Part shown: positions 47,907 to 56,580 of the stretch, piece after piece
Layout: the number at the start of each line of letters is the position of its first letter
Numbering within the stretch: the first letter of the stretch is position 1
NCBI GenBank assembly: GCA_003635265.1
Contig: PYIZ01000029.1
Span: forward strand, 77,796 to 141,795
DNA: 64,000 nt
Reading direction: 5' to 3'
DNA from: Candidatus Poribacteria bacterium
Lineage (GTDB): Bacteria; Poribacteria; WGA-4E; PCPOR2b
Notes under the pieces: model-generated
Seen by the model: only the letters and a program-made list of their open reading frames with translations
What the model was told of the DNA's origin: nothing
The model's database searches: none
Position numbers and translations under genes: made by a program

Positions 47907-48430
47907 GGCTAAACTCCCTCCATAAGAACCAGATGTGTTCGCGCGACCTTTCAACCCGCAGGAGCGTTAGGTGACAACCTGAATTATAGAATATGGACGT
48001 ATTTCATTTTCATTAGTGTTAGACAATGAATTCTTCCTTCATATTTTGGGGTCTGGAATTAGTAGAGGTGAGGAAGAATGTGTTTTTTTGGTCCATCCGG
48101 GAATCGAAGGAATTTAGGCGACTTGGTGATACACGCCTCGTGGAAGTCGGGCGAACTGCATTCTAACTCTGAATAAAATCGTTTCCATGATGATACGCCG
48201 TAGCATTGTTTGCTGGATATGATACCTATAATGGTTAAATACTATTCATTATAGCGTGTATCTAGGGTGTGTTCTTGAAAAAGAACTAACTGGAAGGAGA
48301 GTAATAAAAAACATGTGATAGGGGGCGTACCCTCCGAATTACGACTCTGACCATGTACGTATGGCGTTTCACGATTCGGACCGGCACTGGAACAACAGGT
48401 AATAACTCGCGCTGTTCTATCCTTATTTCG

Positions 48431-48460
48431 TTGACTTTCGTCCGATGGTTCATGTATGAT
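48431..48460 (+). promoter_or_regulatory. Candidate sigma70 promoter (extended -10) for the TIM-barrel / orphan / BKACE operon
   Basis: TTGACT (48431-48436), 18-nt spacer, TGtATGAT with the -10 hexamer TATGAT at 48455-48460. GGGGGAG RBS precedes ATG 48495. Confidence 0.45.
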
Positions 48461-48494
48461 TGGACAATCAAATCAGTGCAATGGGGGAGCACCC

Positions 48495-49373
48495 ATGATT
48501 AAACTCGGTTGTAATAGCTTGGTGAAAGACAGAGATAACCCCGGCGGGTGGATAGATATTGAGGCGATGATTGATTTAATTCACACGTTGCGGCTCGATA
48601 TGATTGATTTTCAACTCGATAGAGGGTTTCGTTCTCTAGAACCCGCATATCTTCGTAGGATCAAGATTCTGTGCCATAAGTACGGGTTACCGATAGGTTT
48701 CATAGGAGCCGGCAGCGGATTTGTCGGCACCGCTCAATCGCCGGATGGGAGTGTGGTTGGTGCGTCGTTATCGCCGGAAGAATTACAACAGCGGATCGAT
48801 GTAGTCAAGGAAGCTGTGGATGTTGCCGTGTTCATGGGTGCCCCACTGATTCGTCTATTCGGCGGCGGCGTGCCTGAAGCGACCGAGAACCGTGAGGCGG
48901 TGTGGTCAACGATGATCTCTGGCTTCCAAGCAGTCTCCGACTATGCAGCTGAGAAAGGTATCCTCATCGGTCTTCACAACCATCCGCCGGCTGTGGAACC
49001 GACGAGCGACGATATCTTGCGCATCCTGAACGACGTTGACCGTGAGAACTTCACCTTCATCTTGGACACAGGTAGATGGCGCGGTGCACCGACAAGCAGG
49101 GAAGAGACTTCCGATTCAAGCGAGAATATCTACAAATACATGGAACAGACGGCACCCTACGCCTCATACGTGCGTGCCAAGATCTATAAGGTTGATAGCG
49201 GTAGGGAGGAGTTACTCGATTATAGACGTATTGTTGATATTCTCAAGAAAGTGAATTTCAACGGGAATATGTCGATTGTTTTCGAGGATCAGGGCAATCA
49301 GTGCGGTTACGCCGAAGCTATTGAGTTAGCAGTCAAACATTTACGGGGATTGCTTGCGGAGTCAGAGGAGTGA
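48495..49373 (+). CDS. Xylose isomerase-like TIM-barrel protein (sugar phosphate isomerase/epimerase family)
   Basis: ORF 48456..49373. The start is moved to MIKLGCNSL. Motifs: PLIRLFGG and ILIGLHNHP. Confidence 0.7.
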   Translation: MIKLGCNSLVKDRDNPGGWIDIEAMIDLIHTLRLDMIDFQLDRGFRSLEPAYLRRIKILCHKYGLPIGFIGAGSGFVGTAQSPDGSVVGASLSPEELQQRIDVVKEAVDVAVFMGAPLIRLFGGGVPEATENREAVWSTMISGFQAVSDYAAEKGILIGLHNHPPAVEPTSDDILRILNDVDRENFTFILDTGRWRGAPTSREETSDSSENIYKYMEQTAPYASYVRAKIYKVDSGREELLDYRRIVDILKKVNFNGNMSIVFEDQGNQCGYAEAIELAVKHLRGLLAESEE

Positions 49374-49379
49374 GAAAGG

Positions 49380-51404
49380 ATGACCTCAACCGAAAAGCAG
49401 GAAATTCCGTGGAAGAACATAGGCGAACCACTAGCAGATTTGCTTCGGTATGAACGTGAGATTGGCTACTACGAGCACGCAAGCTACGCTCTGCTGTCAA
49501 CGGTGGTCCATGAAGCGGCAGATTCGGCGTGGCAAAAATTCCTATTGGCGGGGGATAACTTCGCTTCAGTGGTTGAGCAGGTCATCACCATATCCAATAG
49601 AGAATCCAAAAATCCCAAAGAGGTTCTTGACCCGATCCACGAACTAGTCAACGCCGCTTACACTCACTCGCCAGAACGAGCAGAGCAGTTCCTGAACGTG
49701 TACCTGAAGTACAGACCGAGTTTCCCAGATCCCATCCGAGAGGAGTTGGACGCGTTCTCAATGCGGGGGAAACGTCGGGTTGCCCTACGTGCGATTGCTT
49801 TCGCAGCGGAGATGGAGCGTCTTCGACCATTCCAGTCAGACAGTAGTATAGCATTAGCAGTGTCCGAGCATTGGTACGAACAGATTCTGCAAGGGGGCAT
49901 AACCGCACGTCAAGCGCGTAGGATACCTGCACAGATACTCACCGCAAAAAAACGCTTGCTTAACCATCTGCGTGAGATTGAGGAAGATAACCAGATCGGT
50001 GATGAGGTCATCTTCGATAGGTATGTGGATGTTTTTAAGTCAACCAATATTTTGGCGTTGACGGACGTTATTATTGGGATGCACCGCTTCAATCTGATAC
50101 ATAGTTTTCATGTCAAATTTAATGTAGAACAGATTGAACGTTTCCTAAAAAACTTTCCGAAGACGGAGGTGTTAAACCGCTTTGAGAAGTTAGAGAAGTG
50201 GCTGGGTAAATACCACAAGACAAATCACGACGGCACGATATTAACTCCACCGCTGATCGATTTTTTATCGAAGGATTCGGACTTTGACGCGCTTCTATCT
50301 GAGCTTGACCGATACAGAGCGGATACACGGAACGGACGATTCGATATAAACAACATTTTGCAACGAGATCTGGAATTCAGGCGCTTCGCCTATGAATACA
50401 CACGCGTTCTGGAACCGTTGACCTATCAACTCCAAAATCGATACCCACCGCCGAAATCGAACGAAGAACTGTACCAACTGTTCAATCAGCTTGAAGAACT
50501 ACCGCCGGTTGCCGCTGATGAACCCCGTTTAAGCAAACAACACCTCTCAGAAGTTGGCCGTACTGCTTATGAAGCCGTGGAATTTCTCAGGTTTTTGAAA
50601 GGATTCCGAGGACGCACAAGTAGGCACATCGTAGTGGTGGGAAATGACCGTTACGGACGGCAGTGGGTTGTAGAGCCTATTGAGGCGTATCTCAAAGAGG
50701 GGTTCACGCTTAGGTATGATCGCGTGCGTTCCGGCACCTCTACGAGATTGAGTGTGCCCCCTGCGTTCCCAAGAGACTTTGTCAAAGAAATTAGCGAGCA
50801 GATGCCTCATATCGTCATTGTGGACGCGTCCCATGCGCCACCGAACAACGATGTGATGCAACTTTCCCGCGGTCTCCGAAGCTATGCCCACTGGTTCGCT
50901 GTATTCAACGACCTCCGCTCCGAGGGCAACATTGCTATATACCAAGATGAGAGTTCCCTGCCTGCAGAGCATCTTCCTGAACTGATGAAATGGCATGACT
51001 ACGTTGCGCGGAGAGAACAGTTACAGGAGTGGGTCGCGCCGGGACAGACTTACCGGGTGACAACTTGGGCGCCAGAGTTAAAAGACACTGTGATACTAGG
51101 TGATATGCAAGTGAAGCGTTATCCGGCGGTCTCCCATGAGGAAATAGGGGGAGATCTACCGCTAGTGATTCTGGCAAACCCCATCATATACCGCACAGAG
51201 GGGACTGACCTTCCAAGTGTCCTACGAGGAACCACACCGCGTTACTTCGATGATCCCGAAGCCCACGCAGACGATAGTATTGTGTTCGGGTTTGGTTCTC
51301 ATGGGCTTGAAACCCGACTCGAAGGAATGAGCACGGAACAGTTTGTTCAGACGGTTCAGGGATACATCAAGGAAGAGATTGATAGACTGTTAGAGGACTC
51401 ATAA
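49380..51404 (+). CDS. Hypothetical 674-aa protein, no recognisable family
   Basis: ORF 49380..51404. Its start is 6 nt after the upstream stop, with a GAAAGGA RBS. The N-terminal half looks helical. The C-terminal half contains RHIVVVGNDRYG and HIVIVDASHAPPN strand-like motifs. I recognise no catalytic signature. Confidence 0.6.
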   Translation: MTSTEKQEIPWKNIGEPLADLLRYEREIGYYEHASYALLSTVVHEAADSAWQKFLLAGDNFASVVEQVITISNRESKNPKEVLDPIHELVNAAYTHSPERAEQFLNVYLKYRPSFPDPIREELDAFSMRGKRRVALRAIAFAAEMERLRPFQSDSSIALAVSEHWYEQILQGGITARQARRIPAQILTAKKRLLNHLREIEEDNQIGDEVIFDRYVDVFKSTNILALTDVIIGMHRFNLIHSFHVKFNVEQIERFLKNFPKTEVLNRFEKLEKWLGKYHKTNHDGTILTPPLIDFLSKDSDFDALLSELDRYRADTRNGRFDINNILQRDLEFRRFAYEYTRVLEPLTYQLQNRYPPPKSNEELYQLFNQLEELPPVAADEPRLSKQHLSEVGRTAYEAVEFLRFLKGFRGRTSRHIVVVGNDRYGRQWVVEPIEAYLKEGFTLRYDRVRSGTSTRLSVPPAFPRDFVKEISEQMPHIVIVDASHAPPNNDVMQLSRGLRSYAHWFAVFNDLRSEGNIAIYQDESSLPAEHLPELMKWHDYVARREQLQEWVAPGQTYRVTTWAPELKDTVILGDMQVKRYPAVSHEEIGGDLPLVILANPIIYRTEGTDLPSVLRGTTPRYFDDPEAHADDSIVFGFGSHGLETRLEGMSTEQFVQTVQGYIKEEIDRLLEDS

Positions 51405-51431
51405 TATTACAATATTTTGGAGGAACCGATT

Positions 51432-52253
51432 ATGGCAAAGACAATTGTTTCGGTAGCGGTAGTGGGATCGGGACCCACCAAGGAGATGAATCCTGCTGTA
51501 CCGTATACGCCTAAGGATATTGCACAAGCCGCGATTGAAAGCGGTCGAGCCGGCGCGTCGATTGCACACATCCACGTGCGCGACCCCGAAACAGGAATCG
51601 TGTGTTCAAGGCTTGAACTCTTCGCAGAGGTTGTGGATCGGATTCGCCAAGAGTCCGACATCTTAATCAACCTCACAACGAGCGGGGGAAATATCCCCGG
51701 AAAAAACATCATCGAAGAACGACTTGAGCCCGTCACCTTAAAACCTGAAATTTGTTCCCTTGATGTCGGCTCACTGAACTTTGGAGACCGGATGTTTCTC
51801 AATCCGCCGGAGTGGGGGCGAGCTGCAGCCCAACGAATGCGTGAGCAGGGGGTCAAACCGGAAATTGAGGTCTTCGACGCGGGGCACATACGACAGGCAA
51901 TACACTTAATTAACGAAGGACTGTTTGAGGATCCACCGTATATCCAACTGTGTATGGGTGCTGGCTGGGGTATTGAAGCGACGCCGGACAATATGCTGTT
52001 CATGCAGAACCTATTGCCGCCCGATATCCCTTGGTCTGTTATGGGTGTCGGTCGGACACAGTTGCCGATGATTACGATGGGCATCATTCTAGGCGGTCAT
52101 ATTCGCGTCGGTTTTGAAGACAATATCTATCTCCGCAGGGGCGTGCTGCTGAAAAGCAACGCCCAAATGGTCGAGGTCGCTGTGAATTTGGTCCAGCAGC
52201 TACAAGGTGAAGTTGCCACCCCTAGCGACGCACGTCAAATTCTTGGAATATAA
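51432..52253 (+). CDS. Beta-keto acid cleavage enzyme (BKACE / DUF849, 3-keto-5-aminohexanoate cleavage enzyme family)
   Basis: ORF 51417..52253 (TTG in the track). ATG 51432 sits 7 nt after [57 protein letters not shown] is the characteristic N-terminus. Confidence 0.8.
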   Translation: MAKTIVSVAVVGSGPTKEMNPAVPYTPKDIAQAAIESGRAGASIAHIHVRDPETGIVCSRLELFAEVVDRIRQESDILINLTTSGGNIPGKNIIEERLEPVTLKPEICSLDVGSLNFGDRMFLNPPEWGRAAAQRMREQGVKPEIEVFDAGHIRQAIHLINEGLFEDPPYIQLCMGAGWGIEATPDNMLFMQNLLPPDIPWSVMGVGRTQLPMITMGIILGGHIRVGFEDNIYLRRGVLLKSNAQMVEVAVNLVQQLQGEVATPSDARQILGI

Positions 52254-52297
52254 TTAAGGATACTCGCGTTGCTAGGGCGTGTTGACATTTGACAGCG

Positions 52298-52333
52298 CGT
52301 AGGTTGGGTTGAACGGGAACCGTGAAACCCAAC
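52298..52333 (+). repeat. REP-like element, short variant of 43287-43388
   Basis: cGTAGGTTGGGTTGAACGGgaaCCGTGAAACCCAAC. Confidence 0.7.
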
Positions 52334-52346
52334 GATTTTCCCTCCC

Positions 52347-52370
52347 CGTAGGTCGGGCATCTTGCCCGAC
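52347..52370 (+). repeat. REP-like element (GTAG head plus hairpin)
   Basis: cGTAGGTCGGGCAtctTGCCCGAC. It has the same loop and architecture as 6400 and 9861. Confidence 0.75.
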
Positions 52371-52374
52371 TCAT

Positions 52375-52448
52375 AGCCCCAGCGGGGCGATATGTGTATA
52401 GCATTCATGGTAAAGCTACCCCTAAAGCCCCAGCGGGGCGACATGTGT
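52375..52448 (+). repeat. Two 23-nt direct repeats separated by 28 nt
   Basis: AGCCCCAGCGGGGCGATATGTGT (52375-52397) and AGCCCCAGCGGGGCGACATGTGT (52426-52448), 22/23 identical. Each holds a GCCCC-agc-GGGGC mini-hairpin. Confidence 0.8.
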
Positions 52449-52563
52449 GCTTGCGTCATTTTAGAGAAGGTTTAGTGCATGGGTAAGCGTTCAAGTACTA
52501 TGAATTTCCCTCTCCGTTTGTGACCTGAACGGTTGCGTCCATAGAAAGAGGTTGACTCGCTTG

Positions 52564-53439
52564 ATGTCACGGAAAAAGGGTTCACTGGATTTTCTAGAGG
52601 GTGTCACGGAGGAGACTGTTGAATGGCGAATGCTCAATATGGATTCCGAGTTGGTCACAGCCAACCTGAGTCGTACAATCGGTCCGGGCATTCACAGTAC
52701 CCTCGATCCCCACTGGAATTATAACGCCAAACGTGGCGACGGGGTCGTTCCGCTCAATAACATCCTGAGATTTGAAACCTTCGGCGTACACTGTCCTTTG
52801 GGGACAAAGCTGCGTCAGGAAACGCGGTTACGACTGGTGACGACACGGGGCGAGAACGGAACCCTAAAGCGCGGTCATCTTGCGATGAACTGTGAACTGT
52901 TCAACAAAGACGACAACTCCCAACGACCGGTCGGACGCGCCGAATTTTGGATGGCACTGACCCGTCCGCTTGCCGCCCCGGGTCAACATAGACCAACCGA
53001 CGTACCGGAGCCGATCAGGTTCTTGAAGGAGCATGAAGTGACTGAGTGTGATCTGGTCAGTCGAGACATTGAGTCATACCGCTGCCAAGCCTTCGGCGAC
53101 GGACAGGCCTTCCACGACACGATACCGCATGTCTTCCATATGGACAGGTCGGATATCTACCGACACATTAATACGGCTGTGTACATGAACCAAGCACAGG
53201 ATTACCTAGCCCTCCTGTATCACAAAGTCGGGGGGGACGCCGGGCGGCTGCGATTCCGCGAAATCACAATCTATTTTCGCAAACCTTTTGTGCCGGGACA
53301 GGCGGCGGAAGTAGAGTTGGATTTCGTTGAATATGCAGACCGTTTCCATGGTGCTGTCCGCCTCTATCATTCTGATGGTGAGAAAGGTCGAAGTGAGCGG
53401 ATCTCGGTGGCAATGGAAACACGGGGTCCCCTTCATTGA
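52564..53439 (+). CDS. Hotdog-fold thioesterase (acyl-ACP thioesterase-like, probably double hotdog)
   Basis: ORF 52552..53439 (TTG in the track); the first ATG is at 52564. The C-terminal half has the 4HBT-type signature HMDRSDIYRHINTAVYMNQAQDYL. The start is uncertain. Confidence 0.5.
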   Translation: MSRKKGSLDFLEGVTEETVEWRMLNMDSELVTANLSRTIGPGIHSTLDPHWNYNAKRGDGVVPLNNILRFETFGVHCPLGTKLRQETRLRLVTTRGENGTLKRGHLAMNCELFNKDDNSQRPVGRAEFWMALTRPLAAPGQHRPTDVPEPIRFLKEHEVTECDLVSRDIESYRCQAFGDGQAFHDTIPHVFHMDRSDIYRHINTAVYMNQAQDYLALLYHKVGGDAGRLRFREITIYFRKPFVPGQAAEVELDFVEYADRFHGAVRLYHSDGEKGRSERISVAMETRGPLH

Positions 53440-53531
53440 AAAATCGCTACGGAGGTACGGCGGTCACAGTAAGGCAGCAAGGAAGAAAATGGGAGAACGC
53501 GACGTTCTGTTATCCCGTTTTCCGGTCTGCT

Positions 53532-53563
53532 CACTTTCACACCTACACACTTTCACACTTTCA
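53532..53563. repeat. Tandem 8-nt word array (CACTTTCA-type), 4 units
   Basis: CACTTTCA CACCTACA CACTTTCA CACTTTCA. It lies about 50 nt upstream of the GMC oxidoreductase start. Confidence 0.8.
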
Positions 53564-53610
53564 ATTTTTCTCCGCGTTTCAGCGGTTGATTTTGGATTGA
53601 GGAGGATGAA

Positions 53611-55170
53611 ATGAAATACGACACAATCATCGTTGGAGCAGGAGCGGCTGGAGCGATACTTGCAGCCCGACTCACCGAAGATCCGGGGCGATCCGTCCTG
53701 TTACTGGAAGCAGGTCCTGACTTCCCAGATTTTGAGCAGCTTCCGGAGGAAATCAAGTACGGTTATGGACGTGACCGCAACATCTGGGCGCGAGCCTTTG
53801 GTCGCCCGACCAAATTCGGTTGGGATTACACCGCCCGCGCAACCGATAGTGCCCCCACCATGTTTGTCCCACGCGGCAGGATAGTTGGTGGTTCAAGCGC
53901 GGTGAACGCGCAAATCTTCCTCCGCGGCGTGCCAGAAGACTACGATACGTGGGCTTCTTTGGGCAACGACAAATGGAGTTACTTGGAACTGCTCCCCTGC
54001 TTTCGCAGAAACGAGGCGGATCCCGACTATAGCGATTCCTATCACGGCAACACGGGTCCCATCCGCGCACGGCGGCACACATACGAAGAGTTGAACCCTG
54101 AACAGGCAGCTTTCTACGATGCGTCTCTGGATGCGGGCTATCCGGATTGTCCCGATCACAATGACCCCGACTCTACGGGCGTGGGTACACTTGCGCTCAA
54201 TAACCCGGACGGCATCCGCTGGAGCACAGCGATCGGCTACCTCGACCCAGCGCGCCATCGTCTGAACCTCACGATTAAAGCAAACTGCTTGGTACACCGG
54301 CTTCTGTTTGAGGGCAAGCGGGCTGTTGGCGTCCAAGTGGAGAGCGGCGGCGAGATGTTCGATGTGTATGGCGAGGAGATCGTTCTATCCGGCGGTTCTA
54401 TCGGTTCACCGCATATCCTGATGCTTTCGGGTATCGGACCCGCCGATCATCTCAAGACGGTTGGTACTCCTGTCGTGCACGACCTGCCAGGCGTTGGGCA
54501 GAACCTGAGAGACCATCCGCAGGTGTCGGCTACGTTGAGAGTAAAGGAGACGTTTCTGCCCAATGGCACAGAGCCGCGACTTCAGATCGGGCTCCGATAC
54601 ACGGCGGAGGGTTCCAACCTTCGCAACGACATGTTTCTCCTCCCAACCGCTTTCGCCACCGAGGAGGGGTATCTCGTCGAATCTCACTCCGTACCTTTGG
54701 GGTTTCACATTGCTGCTTGCATATACCTTGCTGTCGGCGCGGGCGAAATCCGGCTTGCTTCGTCCGATCCGCATCAACAGCCTGTTCTAGATTATAACTA
54801 CCTGACAGAGTCCTTTGACCGCGAACGGCTGCGCGAGTCGGTGCGTATCATCATTGATCTGCTCGAACACGATGCCTTCAAGAAGTTGGTAGCGGAACGG
54901 CTTGCGCCGACGGATGCCGATCTAGCGACGGACAGAACCTTGGACGAGTGGCTGCTGCGCCAAGTAGCTACCAGTCACCATATCTCATCGACCTGCAAGA
55001 TGGGACCGGACTCTGACCCAATGGCTGTGGTTGATCAGTACGGTAAGGTCTACGGTGTCGAGGGGCTGCGGGTGGCAGACGCTTCGATTATGCCCGACTG
55101 CATTCGTGCCAACACCAACGTGACGACTATGGTCATCGGAGAGCGCATCTCGGACTTCATGATGAGCTGA
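53611..55170 (+). CDS. GMC-family FAD oxidoreductase (choline dehydrogenase-like)
   Basis: ORF 53611..55170 with a GAGGAGG RBS. YDTIIVGAGAAGAILAARLTED, and a C-terminal HHISSTCKMG active-site region. Confidence 0.88.
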   Translation: MKYDTIIVGAGAAGAILAARLTEDPGRSVLLLEAGPDFPDFEQLPEEIKYGYGRDRNIWARAFGRPTKFGWDYTARATDSAPTMFVPRGRIVGGSSAVNAQIFLRGVPEDYDTWASLGNDKWSYLELLPCFRRNEADPDYSDSYHGNTGPIRARRHTYEELNPEQAAFYDASLDAGYPDCPDHNDPDSTGVGTLALNNPDGIRWSTAIGYLDPARHRLNLTIKANCLVHRLLFEGKRAVGVQVESGGEMFDVYGEEIVLSGGSIGSPHILMLSGIGPADHLKTVGTPVVHDLPGVGQNLRDHPQVSATLRVKETFLPNGTEPRLQIGLRYTAEGSNLRNDMFLLPTAFATEEGYLVESHSVPLGFHIAACIYLAVGAGEIRLASSDPHQQPVLDYNYLTESFDRERLRESVRIIIDLLEHDAFKKLVAERLAPTDADLATDRTLDEWLLRQVATSHHISSTCKMGPDSDPMAVVDQYGKVYGVEGLRVADASIMPDCIRANTNVTTMVIGERISDFMMS

Positions 55171-55178
55171 CAAAACCA

Positions 55179-55215
55179 GAAAGTGAGAAGGGGAGAAAGG
55201 GCGAAAGTGTGAAAA
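55179..55215. repeat. 8-nt word array (GAAAGTGN), inverse orientation of 55284-55315
   Basis: GAAAGTGA GAAGGGGA GAAAGGGC GAAAGTGT GAAAA. Confidence 0.75.
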
Positions 55216-55267
55216 TACGATTTGCCAAACTAATAGCATTTGTCTTTTGCTCATGCCGTTCCGAGCA

Positions 55268-55283
55268 TCCCGATTTATCGGGA
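55268..55283. repeat. CCCGAT-NN-ATCGGG palindrome, copy 3 of 3
   Basis: TCCCGATTTATCGGGA. Confidence 0.75.
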
Positions 55284-55315
55284 CTTTCTCACCTGCCCAC
55301 TTTCCCACTTTCTTT
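55284..55315. repeat. 8-nt word array (CACTTTC-type)
   Basis: CTTTCTCA CCTGCCCA CTTTCCCA CTTTCTTT. Confidence 0.75.
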
Positions 55316-55326
55316 TTCTAGCATCC

Positions 55327-55352
55327 CTGCGTCCTTGCGCCTTTGCGTTTTA
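55327..55352. repeat. 8-nt word array (CTTTGCGT-type), inverted partner of 58260-58281
   Basis: The reverse complement TAAAACGCAAAGGCGCAAGGACGCAG matches 58260-58281 at 20/22 positions. Confidence 0.8.
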
Positions 55353-55364
55353 TCTTTCTTAATC

Positions 55365-56567
55365 CTATTTGCGTTGCCGTGAGGTCTCCGGCACCAGCCA
55401 GAGGAAGATTGCCACCGCCATATACCCGACCCCTGATAGAACTACAGCGGAAAGCCCCAATCCCGACACATCTGCAATCTCACCGACAATCCAAGGTCCC
55501 GCTGCGTGACCGACATCACCTATGAGCCGCCAGACTGCAAGGAACTCTCCTGTGCCATCACGTGGAGCAAGGTCAGCTCCTGTCGTCATCATTGTACCGG
55601 AACCGAGTCCGTTGCCAAGCCCCATTACAATGCCTGCAATCAGTAGAGTCAAGTAGCTGCCTGTCAAAGGCACCATCGCCATTCCCGTGGCGAAGATGAA
55701 AAAGCAGGGAACGATAGCGTATCTCCTGCCAAACCGATCCATAATAAATCCCGCCACCGGAAACATCACCATATCGATAAATGAGGAGAGACTGAAAATC
55801 AACCCCACTGTCTGACGGTCTAGCCCGATGACATCGCGTCCATAAAGAATAATAATAATCCGTCGCCCTGCTCGGAGGGTTTGGACGCAGATCTGCCCCA
55901 TTCCAGCCGTGAGTAATGCACGGTAATGTGTCTTCAATATGTCAATAAACTGTTTCAGATGCAGCCGACGAGGCCCTACAACTGAAGGACGTTTTGTTTC
56001 GTGGATAAAGAAAAGGCAGAACAGGAAATTGACCCCCATAATCGCTGCACAGGCAAAGAATGGGGCACTCAGACCGTAATATTTACCGATGAAGCCCCCA
56101 ATCGCAGGTCCTAAGAAAGTGCCGATCCGACTGACTCCGCCGAACATTGCGAGCGATCTGCCCCGTTCCTCAATTGGGACCGCATCCGTCAAATAGGTAT
56201 ATCGGGCGATAGTCCATAGGGCGCTACCGATTCCCGCGATGAGTTGGTAGACAAGCAGTTCAAGAACAGTGTGGGCGAGTCCAACGGCGAGGGTGGATAA
56301 TCCCACCACGGCAGCACCAATTAACATTGATGATTTTCGCCCTGTCCGTTCGATTAAGATACCGGCTGGCACATCAGCGATTAGGACGCCGACGCCCTGC
56401 ATACCGAGGACGAGCCCCATCAGGCTATAGGAGGGATTAAAGGATTTTGCGTATTCAGGGAGGATTGGGATGAGGATGCCACCGCCAACGGAAAGCAGAA
56501 AGGCGGGGAAATAGATCGGCAGGATGAGCGATCGCCGCGTAAACGGTTGCTCTCGTGAATTCTGCAT
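55365..56567 (-). CDS. MFS transporter
   Basis: ORF 55365..56687. The start is moved to MQNSREQPF (ATG 56565-56567), which removes the overlap with the upstream gene. The hydrophobicity pattern suggests about 12 TM segments. Confidence 0.8.
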   Translation of the reverse strand: MQNSREQPFTRRSLILPIYFPAFLLSVGGGILIPILPEYAKSFNPSYSLMGLVLGMQGVGVLIADVPAGILIERTGRKSSMLIGAAVVGLSTLAVGLAHTVLELLVYQLIAGIGSALWTIARYTYLTDAVPIEERGRSLAMFGGVSRIGTFLGPAIGGFIGKYYGLSAPFFACAAIMGVNFLFCLFFIHETKRPSVVGPRRLHLKQFIDILKTHYRALLTAGMGQICVQTLRAGRRIIIILYGRDVIGLDRQTVGLIFSLSSFIDMVMFPVAGFIMDRFGRRYAIVPCFFIFATGMAMVPLTGSYLTLLIAGIVMGLGNGLGSGTMMTTGADLAPRDGTGEFLAVWRLIGDVGHAAGPWIVGEIADVSGLGLSAVVLSGVGYMAVAIFLWLVPETSRQRK

Positions 56568-56580
56568 AGTCGAGTTTTCG

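Noticed and set aside
51407-52087. 226-aa minus-strand ORF
   Set aside because: It is entirely antisense to the well-supported BKACE gene, and its composition (Ser/Pro/Ile/Gly-rich) is shadow-like.
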